Positions 51,311-62,276 of a stretch of DNA of 64,000 bases are shown piece by piece. The stretch is from Podospora anserina (lineage: Eukaryota). A program made the position numbers and the translations under genes. The stretch covers positions 3,038,001 to 3,102,000 of the forward strand of contig CM030338.1 of the NCBI GenBank assembly GCA_017654855.1, read 5' to 3'. Within the stretch, counting starts at the first letter, position 1. The number at the start of each line of letters is the position of its first letter. The notes under the pieces are model-generated. The model worked only from the letters and a program-made list of their open reading frames with translations, did no database searches and had not been told where the DNA came from.

Positions 51311-54300
51311 ATGGCTGCTATATCCAGAGACAAGATACCTGCTATTGGCCTGACCGTCATTTATGAGCCTGAGGGGGAGGCAAACTTGGAGTAAGTTGCT
51401 CTATTTCCAAGCACCTGTTCGCACATCATCGACGGCGGACCGATGAGCTGACATCCGCAAACAGTGTAGTCTTCGTACATGGGTTTACGGGCCATCCAGT
51501 GCGGACATGGACTCACAACGGAGGATCTGAACGACTGGATCAGGCTTTTGAGCCACCACCCAAAGCCAGAAAAGTTAACCTCTTCTCAAGGCCCCACGAA
51601 CAAAAGAAATCGACTCCTTCTTCTGCCTCTGTATATTGGCCCCAAGACCTTCTTCCAAAGAACCTACCGCATGCCCGGGTCGCCACCTTCGGTTACGATA
51701 CCAATATCAGACATAGACATGTCGGTCCAGTGCTCAATAAAAGTACCATTTATGACATGGCAAAAGATTTCTTGTATCGACTCGAAGCCCTTCGCAGATC
51801 GAATAGCTCCAGGCCTCTCCTTTTCATCGCTCACAGCCTTGGCGGCATAATGGTCAAAGAGGCCTTGCGGCAAGCGTACAACAATCAGAATCGACATATT
51901 CAGCTTAGACAAACATTCGACTCGACCATTGGCATACTATTCTTTGGGACACCTCACGGAGGCGCTGATCCACGTGGACTTGTCGTGGGAATTATCGAGA
52001 GACTTGCCAAAGGATTGGGATTCGAGGCTAACCAGCATGTTCTCAACACTTTGCTGCCGGATTCGGAGTGTAGGCAGCTGAGGGACGAGTTCAATCCGGT
52101 CCTTCAAGATCAAAACTGGATCATTTATTCTTTTCAAGAAGCGCTTGCACTGTCGGGTCTTGGACAAAAGGTCGTGGAAAATAGTTCGTCATGCCTGAAC
52201 TTCCCGAAGACTGAGATGACCATCTCAATTGGGAAGGACCACCGTGAAATGTGGTAAGCTCAAACATCACTCTTTTGAGCGTTGCTGTTACACCCTGAAA
52301 TTTAAGCTGACAGACCTCTTCGTCGCCCAGTCGTTTTTCTAGCGTCTATGACCCCCAGTATCAAAAGGTGGCAGCAGCTCTGGATCGTATTGCGGAACAA
52401 GTCTCGGTGTCCCCATCAACATCTGACGCGGGATTGCCCGCCCCATTTCCTGATGAGCAGGAACCCCCGGAGGCGACTTCGCTGGACCACCAGAGCATTC
52501 AAACACTGCTGGATTCGTTGAGATTTGAGCAGATCGACTCACGGCAGGAAAGCATTCGGGTGGCGCACAAAAACACTTGCGTCTGGATAACGAAAACACG
52601 AGAATACAAAGACTGGCTTGACATCAACAAGATGGAGGATCATCACGGCTTCCTTTGGATGAGAGGAAAAGCAGGAAGTGGAAAGTCAACTTTGATCAAA
52701 TCGACCCTCAGAAGCTTTCAAAACTCCAAGAGCAGCAAGGGTACTACGGTCATCCACTTCTTCTTCAACGCGCGGGGTGCTGAGCTGGAGAAGACCACAA
52801 GAGGGATGTACCGGGCACTTCTCGTTCAACTACTGGAGATACTGCAGAAGAAAATGCCCCATTTTCAAAGGGATGTCTTCAAGTCGGCTGCTATCAAAAC
52901 TTGGAATGTGAGAGAAGGTCGCGAGTGGTCCGTCGCAATTCTGGAAGAGCTTTTCGAAAACGCCATTTTGTCTATTGGTCAGGAAGAAGTGACATGCTTC
53001 ATCGACGCGCTGGACGAATGTGATGACGAGCAGGTTGAGCCGATGATTCGACTTTTTGAGAGAATCGGCGAACAAGTTGTCTCCAATGGCCTGCGCTTTC
53101 GTATCTTCTTTTCTAGTCGACCTTATCCGGATATCTCACTGGACACCTGTCTCAACCTCATGCTTGACGGCCAGGAGGGGCATGTCAGAGATATCAAGAC
53201 TTATATTCAGAAGGAATTGAGGGCTGGTGATCAGCAGACTAAGGATCAATTACTGTTGAGGGCATCAGGGATTTTCATGTGGACTGTCCTGGTCGTGGAC
53301 ATCTTGAATAAGGAGAAGCGCAAAGGGACACCCAATCACTTAGTCACCAAAAAACTCAAAAAGATCCCGGGCGATCTATGGGAGCTGTTCAAAAGCATTT
53401 TGAACCGAGATCAGGAGGACAAAGACCAGCTCCTGCTTTGTATCCAGTGGCTATTGTTCACGCGAAAACCATTGGGTCCGGAGGAGTTTTACCATGCTCT
53501 TCTTGCCGGGATTGAGACTGATGACGATTCAGTGTTTGAGGACAACTCAGAGTCCGACGACTACGCAGTGCTCGGGGAGAACTCTGATTCTGAGCACAGT
53601 CCAGGTTTTCATGTTCAATCAGATCCAGACAAGGATTCACATTCCCTAGATGAAGGCACTTCTGCGACCGGGGATGCTTTGAGAGCCACAGTTCCTGATA
53701 TCCCTAGATTCATTCGGAGTATTTCCAAGGGCCTTGCTGAGATCACACAGTCGAAGAAAACCCCAGTTGTGCAGTTCATCCATGAATCGGTGCGAGATTT
53801 TCTTCTGAAAGAAGAAAAAAGGGGGTTGCGAGTGGTTTGGCCCGAGCTTGGCGACGATTTTGAGGCGCAAAGCCATGAGAGATTGAAGCAATGCTGTTTC
53901 CAGTACTATATGCGGAGGGACATTCTGACCATCCTCAGCGTTGGTTTCGACACGGCACTTCCCAAAGCTTCAGCTAAGGGAGGCCATGCCCTCCGCGTGA
54001 AGGCTACAGAGACCTTTCCATTTCTGGGTTATGCTAACCTAAACGTCCTCTGGCATGCTGAATGTGCACAAACTGCTCAAGTTGGCGCTATTTCGCAACA
54101 ATGGTTCCTCGATAAAGACTTCGACTTACGGACATGGTTGCTGTTGCGAAATGTTCTGGAAGTACATGAGGCTCGCCGGTACAACTCCACATATACGGCC
54201 AGTCTGCTTTATGTGTTAGCAGAGCTCAACCTACCTGCCTTGATCAGAATATCTTTACCCAGCTCCTGTGGTACCGCCAGTATCATCACAGAAGAAGAGC

Positions 54301-56528
54301 GATATGGCTCACCTGTCCTTGCTGCGATAGTATCCCAGAGTCGGGGTGCAGTTGATGCCTTTGTGGATCATTTAGCGGCCCTCCAGCAGATTCCGCCATC
54401 GACTGTTGGTGAATGGAGATCAGAAACCGGAACACACTCGTCACTATCCACTACAGGTTTTCGGTTTTCGCAGAAAAGGGGTCTTTTATCATATGCTGCG
54501 GAATATGGGGACGTGGCACTTTGCCATCTTGTTGGCAGGATTCTTGGTCACGAGGAGATCAACAAGCGCGACCAGAAGGGAAGAACGCCTCTATGGTATG
54601 CCGTGCTAGGGGGACACAGCGATGTTGCGAAGGTTCTCTGTCAAGAAGGAGCAGACCCCAACATTGAAGCAAGTGCTGATTTTGACAGAACGCCTATCTC
54701 ATGTGCATCTAAGGCAGGGCATGTCGACATTGTGAAGTTCCTCTGTGAGAAGGGTGCAGATATCAACAAACCCGACAGAACGAAGAGAGGGCCTATTTCA
54801 TACGCGTCTGAAAGAGGCCACACGGCTATTGTGTCATTTCTTGTTCGAAAAGGGGCTGACATAAATGCCAAGGATGTCGATCAGAACACACCTGCCGTGT
54901 ACGCTATCAGGGAGGGCCATATGGATTGTGTCAAGATTTTTATTAGCAGCGACTCCGATTTTGAAGCGAAGCATGGGTGGGTAATAACGACGCTGATGAT
55001 GGGTTAAAGAGGGTCACCAGAAGATGGTTGAGTGGCTTCTTGAGCAGGGAGCCAGTGTCATGACAGTCGACCAGGAAGGAAGATCTGCCATGGCTTACAC
55101 ACAGAAGGGTTCGAAAACGAGAGGATTGCCTTTGGCTCAGCTCATTAACCTGATGGGCCTAAGCAATCCACACTGGACTGATGATGGCGGAACAAGCGTT
55201 TTATACTACGCTGCTCAGCAAGGAGATAACGTGGTCCTCCAATCTCTCTTAAATTTGGGGGTGGCGGACATCAATCTTCGAGATGAAAGAGGGCGGACGC
55301 CTTTTAGCTACGCTGTTGCTTGTGGTGAAGGTCAGGACGCGGTGAAGCTACTACTCGACACCGGGACGGTCGAGGTTGACTCTAAGGACAGTAACGGACG
55401 CACGCCACTTAGCTATGCCGTTAGTTCATGGTCCAATAGTGAAACGGTGAAGCTACTACTCGACACCGAGAAGGTCGAGGTTGACTCTAAGGACAATGAT
55501 GGCCGCACGCCACTTAGCTATGCTGTTAATTCAATGTCCGATAATGAAACGGTGAAGCTACTACTCGACACCGGGAAAGTCGAGGTTGACTTTAAAGACA
55601 ATAACGGACGCACGTTACTTAGCTATGCCGTTACCCATTCGAATAATGAAATAGCGAAGCTACTACTCGACACCGGGAAAGTCGAGGTTGACTTTAAAGA
55701 AAATAACGGACGCACGTTACTTAGCTATGCCGTTACCCATTCGAATAATGAAACGGTGAAGCTACTACTCGACACCGGGAAGGTCGAGGTTGACTCTAAG
55801 GATAATAATGGACGCACGCCACTTAGCTATGCCGTTAATTCAAAGTCCAATAATGAAACGGTGAAGCTACTACTCGACACCGGGAAGGTCGATGTTAACT
55901 CCAAGGACAATGATGGCCGCACGCCACTTAGCTATGCTGTTAGCTTACGGTCTAATGATGAAACGGTGAAGCTACTCCTCGACACCGGGAAGGTCGAGGT
56001 TGGCTCTAAGGATAATGACGGACGCACGCCACTTACCTATGTTGCTACCCATCGGGGAAATAAGCGCAGCTTAAACTTCTCCTAGGGACTGGGAATGTTG
56101 ACATAAATTCCAAAGACGATGGTGGGCGGTCGCCATTGAGTTGGGCGGCGGGGAGCGGGGCTTATGACTGTGTAAAAGAGCTTCTTTTGGTTGGCACAGT
56201 GGATGTGGACGCAAGGGATTTGCAAGGCCGTACACCACTTGTACACGCCTTGGATTATCTACTACCGGATCTATCGGATATTTTCACCAGGACAAAAGTA
56301 TTTAAAGTCATCACTGCTTTTCTCGAGACTGGTAGAGTCAACGTTGATCTGACAGATAACCGGGACCGCACAGCGCTTGATATCGCCGCCGTGATTGACA
56401 GAAAGGAGAAAAGCAGTGGAGAGGGATTTCCCTGGTGGAAAAAAGGAAACAGTGTCGTTAAAATGTTGCAAAAGTATAAAGAAGGAAGGATCAGCGGTCT
56501 GCCAAATCCGGGGCTGCTTTACTGGTGA
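51311..56528 (+). pseudogene. Fungal NLR: SesB-like alpha/beta-hydrolase - NACHT - ankyrin repeats, with two frameshifts
   Basis: ATG at 51311, introns at 51391-51464 and 52254-52330. Hydrolase motifs DVVFVHGFTGH, WPQDLLP, TFGYD, AHSLGG, FFGTPHGG and DHREMCRF. Walker A GKAGSGKST, Walker B CFIDALDEC, and VQFIHESVRDFL. ANK repeats from about 54480. Frame breaks near 55000 and 56065. It could be functional if these are sequence errors or are spliced out. Confidence 0.85.
55342..56070 (+). repeat. Tandem array of 7 near-identical ankyrin-coding units (102/105 bp)
   Basis: Unit starts G(T/C)GAAGCTACTACTCGACACCG at 55342, 55447, 55552, 55654, 55756, 55861 and 55966. Confidence 0.93.
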
Positions 56529-56898
56529 TGGCCACTATTACGGAGGTATGGCTAAGTTGTTTCTTAGGGTATTTACTTTTATTCGTCGTAAATCATCACA
56601 GGACATGCTCAAATAATACCAGAGCGATCTTTTTGAAGTACCTTAAATGTCCTCGATGACTTTGGGAATGCCCACATAGGTAACTACTTCACTGCAGGCA
56701 TAAAGAGCTATGTGTGTCGAGTGTTTCGGGTCTGTCTACCTAGACAGCTAATAGGTACATTGTGGTACCTATGCAATTATACTTATCATAATAATGATGG
56801 GTGGTGCTTTGAAATCGCAGAGAAAGGCGGCAGAATAGTGGTGCACATCTCTCCTATGGCTGTACCAATTACCTACCTACCCAACATATCATTTTTAA

Positions 56899-57160
56899 AA
56901 GAGGGAACCTTTACGGAGCCCCCTGTTTATCTTACCAGCACTTCCTCCCTAAGTATCTACCGATTTACTTACCCTTCCTATAATATAGTAAGTGGCTTTC
57001 AAATTATCTTTTCAGGCCTCTTAACTGTCTTTTAAAGCCTCTTACTTGTCTTTTAAAGCCTTGTAACTATGTTTTAAGGCCTCTTAAATATGTATTAAAG
57101 CCTCTTTACTATTTTTAAGGCCTCTTAACTATCTCTTAAGGCTTATTAAATATCTTTTAA
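56899..57160. mobile_element. AT-rich MITE-like element, copy 2 (inverted-repeat end plus about 8 x 21-bp units)
   Basis: TTACGGAGCCCCCTGTTTATCTTACCAGCAC at 56911-56941. The 21-bp array at about 56995-57160 is in the same orientation as in copy 1. Confidence 0.65.
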
Positions 57161-58185
57161 CCTCCCCCTCTTCACTGCAACGAGAGGAGCAGCCGATAGG
57201 TCATGTCCCATATCTGCCGAGTAAAAATAGTAGTCTGATATTGTTGATCTCTAAAGAATCTGTTTACAAAGCTTTGGTCGGTTGCACCACAATTATTCCC
57301 TGTATAAGCTGCCCTTGACACATGTCGTAGGTGGGTAGTGATCGTGGGTTTTCCGTACCTAACCCCGGCCACATAGAGGATGTATATCATGCTGCTGCTG
57401 GTGGATAATTTTGGGTTGATGTTTGGTTGGTGGGTGTTGCTAGTAATGGAAGATAATAGAGGTGGGTAAGGGGGGAGAGCTGGATTGGAAAGGGGGTAGA
57501 GAAGGTTAGACGTGATGGGGGTAACTATGTGCTATCCTTTTATAGATTGGGGGTCGACCTGCCATATTATCGTGGTAATTAACCAAGATTTAGAATCGAT
57601 ATAACTTTTGGAGTAGAATCAGTGTCCCGGTCGTGACGTTGATTAGAACTGTTATTATTATTTATGAGTAGATTTTGGTTATCCCAAGGAAAGGTTTGAG
57701 ATATGAGATGCTCGATAGGACGAGGAATATCGTGATGAGAAATGTAAAGCTTAGTCATTTGTATCGTTAAGTGGACATACATTCCCCTTACATAACAAGG
57801 TCAGCCCAGCCGTTGTCACAAACACTCACCACTTAGTCACCCAACACTCCTCCATACCTGAGGTAATCAAACTGCTTTCATAATCACCTCACTTACCAGC
57901 AATCCGAGCCTCATATGCAAGGCTCGTACACCAATAAGCAGACATGTAGAGCCCTACAATACAGAAATTCCACGGCAGTGTCCCCCTATTCCCCCCCAAT
58001 CACCTCCCTCGGTATTCTTTCCCTCCCCAGCCAGCCACCACACACCTCCCCGGAGCTGACCTATGCATGATTGTCATTCCAGCCACATCCCCCCCTCGTT
58101 CCTGACCCAGAACGCCGGACCGGATATTGAACACGACACGACTTACTCATCGGACCGCATCCGTGGTGAAACAACCTCTCCCTTA

Positions 58186-58222
58186 CCTCTCACCTCTCAC
58201 CTCTCACCTCTCACCTCTCACC
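58186..58222. repeat. (CTCACCT)n minisatellite
   Basis: About 5 tandem heptamers, directly visible. Confidence 0.8.
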
Positions 58223-61200
58223 ACTCCACTATCAGCACTTTCAGTCTTCGTTACATTCCAGTCATCCTCACTGTCCCAAAACAGCACCATGATTCAACCC
58301 CATTTCGGCAACCCCTAAAATGTCAAACCCCGGAACCGACAGTTGCCAGACCTTCTTCGCCCATGCATGCATAGAAGCATTCCAAACCTTCCACCCACCT
58401 TCCAAATACGACAGTAGGTAGGTACGCAGTGGCGCGGCACCGACAGACTGGCACGCTGTCACTCGCGGTATTACCGTCTGCCCGTCCGCCGACCGAGATC
58501 CGTGGGGGAATAGAAAAAGCGGCTGCTGGCCTGAGGTCTCCCGTCCAGCGATTGGTTGGGTTGCGAGGCACAGCACTGCCTTACTGTGACATTACGATGC
58601 TGCAACCGCGGGCAGCGCGCGCAGGCGGTAGAGATGGGCAACGAGAGAGAGAGAGTAACATTCAGGCTCGTATACTAGTGCTGTTACCGCCATTGACGGG
58701 GGACTATGAGAACGTAACAGCGCAAAAAAACAAAAAAAAACATGAGGGTCGGATTTAAACTGGGGATTGTAACAGACAGATTGATGGACAACAAGGCTGA
58801 CAACAAAAGTCCTGATGGTATGTATTATACCTATACGATCTGATATACCCCCCCTAGAGTAAAATGGGGTCCGGAGTACGAAGAAAATATGGGGAAAAAA
58901 TGTTAACGTTGCCTTTGGGGGTTTCTTCAAAATGACCTGATCTGCGTTGGGTGATTTTCAGTCCTGTAAGTTTACCGTCAGCATTGCTCGGATTTTTAGA
59001 GAGTTGATCAATGACGATCCGTGATCGGTGATAGCTGGCGGTGGTAGATACGATACGATACGATCCCTTCATGCAGACCCGACCTGTGATACTCTGTTGC
59101 CTGTGAGCTCAGCCCTGTCCCTGAATCAAAGCCATGATACCATCGCATCGATAGCCCCCTGGTGCTGTGACGCCCGCGATGTCGTGATTCTATGCTCCCC
59201 GCCCAGCGCCTCCACGCCGCTCACCTTTCCGTCCTGGCAGACGGTCATCTCCATCAGGAGAAAACCACCGCTCCCGCTCTGCAGCAGCCAACAACCCCCG
59301 GTGCAAGCTCAACGCCGCCGGGACCGCCATGTGGTTTTCTTCCACGGACTCCACGGGTCTCACGGGCTGTGCCTCCCAGTTACTGACTGTGGTGGTGGTG
59401 GTTGCGGTTTACCTTCCCCTTGGACCCCGACTGGTAGAAGACAGACAGAGAGTGAGATAAACCCCTGGACCCCAATTCCACCAAGTGTCTATCAGCCCTA
59501 TCTGTGGGGGCCAATGGGCACGAATCAGGACCCGAATTCCGTGCCAAGACCCATCTTGGGGGTCTTGTAACGTGTGCGGCGTTTGCGGCCTTTTGTTCGT
59601 TGCTCAGAAAGGGGGGGGGAAACTGTGCGGGGGAGGAGAACGAGGAATTCTCGAGTTGTCCCGTCCCGTAGCCACATACATTTCCGGAGGCGGTGCAAAA
59701 AAGTTCTTCTATTCGGTGGTGGTGATTGATGCCCTCGGAGTTTAGTTACTCTTGTGGTGTCGTACAGCTCGCCAGATATCGACAGGCGACTCTGAGCTAA
59801 TGAATCATCTCTCATTCACACCGCTGGTATTACATAGACAATGGTCCTTTTCAAATGAGGCGGTGCTCTCTCGTTCCTGTGTCCCATCTGGGGTAAATTG
59901 CGTTCGCTGCGAAGGGGTTCCGTGCATACGGATAGGGCAAATGCTACCATGTTAACGAACCGACGAATTGCATGCGGCGCATTTTTTTTACCTCCCCAGG
60001 GCATGAAGATGACTGTCTTGTCCTCAGTCTGCCCTTGCGCGTGTACTGCACAGATAGTGGTGCCGTCTCCGTGTCCGCGGGATCCTGTTACCGAACGCGC
60101 TGATAGCTATGCACCGTATGCGTTCAAGACAGGGCGCATGTATTGGTGTAGCCTGCCCAATCTGCCAATGTGGGATTCTCAAATGTGGTTGGTGATGGGG
60201 TGGTCGTCGTGTCGTCGTGTTCGAGTCGTTGGCTCATGACGTGGATTGTTGCCGAGGGGTAGAATGGGGGGTTGATTGGGGTTGGCTTGGCTTCGGTTGC
60301 TTTTGCTCAGCGGTGCTGCCTCGCTGCCTTGTTGTGGTGGGTGGTGGTCAAGTGGATGACAAAATGACTCTATGCCGGAACCCATTAGAAATCAAGGCAA
60401 CCGACTCTATGTGAAATTGGACGGGCTGCGTTGATTAGATAACCTCTCAATGCCGCGAAGACGGTTGCAGAAGAAGCCGACAGAAGGGCGAAACTCTCCG
60501 CCGTTTTCTCTCTTCCATCCGGTCGGGTGCGGGCAGCTATAGCTTAGCTTTTAGGGTTGATTGCTGATTAGTAACAGCTCATGGATCTCTCTGATCTCTC
60601 TGATCTCTCTGATATGGCATCATCAAGCGATATCCATCGGAGATCGGATATTGGTGGACTTTAGGACCCTCAAACTCTGGGGAAACCTGGGAGGAAATCA
60701 AATGACATGCAGTCCTCTGGATAATGCCCAGACGTGCCAAACATTGCAGGGCACGTCAATCAATCGGCCTCGTGCCGGTCTGAGCAGGAGAGCCACGTCG
60801 GTGGGCAAGGCATCAAGACATGGACGTGCGTGGCAGGTTGAGGGGGCAGACAAAGACCTGGGCATTGGCCCAGTCTGTAACAAAACGAAAGATTACAGCG
60901 GTGAGGCGTGGTGGTTTAAGGCCGCGTTCCTGCTAGCCTGCAAGGGTAGAGTAAAAGGGCGGGAAGCGGGCGGACTGGGGTGTCGGACTCTCGGTTTTTG
61001 TCAGCTGCTGCGGATGATACATTCGCTGGTGACCCTGCGGTGTCTTGGACGGAGCCGAACACCAACAAGGACGGTCAAGGGGGTTTACAAAAGGAGCATG
61101 ACCGCCCCCCCTCTGATGTCTCCGTTCTCCGTCAGTTGAAAGTGTCCATCTTCATGAGCTTTTACTCTCTACTCCAGACTCAACACTGTGACTGCTTGTC

Positions 61201-61541
61201 AACAAAACATCTTGACATCTTGACACTGAGTTGTTGTACCCTACCTGAGGACAGAGGACAGCCTAGCCTATCCCCACACCCCTCCACCACCCACCGCACG
61301 CACCCCCCGACCCTGTAACTTTATCAATACTGGGTCCAGCCGGGATCGGCTCGTCGGTGCCTTGAGTCACTCGCAAGAAAATACGCCAAAAGCAACAAAT
61401 ATTAGGGAAGCCTGCTGCCGTCAGCACCCCGATTACAAAATGTCCACAACAACCCAAACACACTCTCAAAGGCTCCAGGCAGCTTCGCAATCAATCTACC
61501 CAGCTTCACCATCACCATACCACCTCAGAAAGAGTCCCACC

Positions 61542-62276
61542 ATGTCGATTGCCCAGACATACTTCCTCGCCCACAAGGCAAGGGCCAAGCTCTCCTCGGA
61601 AGCTGCCCGCCCTGATCACAACCTCCGCCTGCTAGTCGGACACGCCAACCTGCTCGACTCCCTCATGCTAGATCTCGCCGACGCCGAGAGGGAACAAGAA
61701 TCGTGGTTCAACCAATCCGTCCGTGGCGCCACCCAGAGCCCACCACCATCCAACAACCGCCACATCCAATGGGCCGACCACATGGAAGAGCCCCAGCACG
61801 ACTGGAGAGCCGAGGACGCCGACTCTGATTCCGACGACTCGGACTGCACCTACGACGAGGACGAGGATGACCTCGACTCGGACGAGGACGTTGAGATGGC
61901 CGACGCGGTCGTCGCCCTCAGGAGGATACCTTCCCACGCCAGCATGCTCCCACCAAAGGGCTACAACTACCGAGACGAAGAAGAGGAGGACTACGACATG
62001 GAAGACGACGATGAGGACTACACCCAGCTCGCCCTCCAGAGAACATCTTCTCACTCTGCACCATCCTCCCCACCCGAGCTCCTCGACGATTCCGACTCCA
62101 CCACCGACGACGAGTCGTCCATGCCACCATCACCACCAACCACTACGCTACCCGCTTTTGACGACAAGAAGAGCACAACGATACAAAGTGCGACGGGGCA
62201 CGGGGTCAAGGACGCCTTTTATGAGGAAGGGTTCTATCTCCCGCCAAGAAACCCGGCGAGGATATCGATCTATTAG
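61542..62276 (+). CDS. ECM13-family-like acidic protein
   Basis: N-terminal MSIAQTYFLAHKARAKLSSEAARPDHNLRLLVGHANLLDSL resembles the conserved block of yeast Ecm13/Yjr115w-like proteins. Acidic low-complexity tail. An alternative ATG lies at 61440. Confidence 0.7.
   Translation: MSIAQTYFLAHKARAKLSSEAARPDHNLRLLVGHANLLDSLMLDLADAEREQESWFNQSVRGATQSPPPSNNRHIQWADHMEEPQHDWRAEDADSDSDDSDCTYDEDEDDLDSDEDVEMADAVVALRRIPSHASMLPPKGYNYRDEEEEDYDMEDDDEDYTQLALQRTSSHSAPSSPPELLDDSDSTTDDESSMPPSPPTTTLPAFDDKKSTTIQSATGHGVKDAFYEEGFYLPPRNPARISIY

Noticed and set aside
56083-56085. TAG rescued by A-to-I editing in the NLR
   Set aside because: The downstream ankyrin sequence is in a different frame, so editing UAG to UGG would not restore it.
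50775-57160. 21-bp arrays and ANK units as a CRISPR array
   Set aside because: The units are contiguous with no unique spacers, the ANK units are protein-coding, the context is eukaryotic and there are no cas genes.
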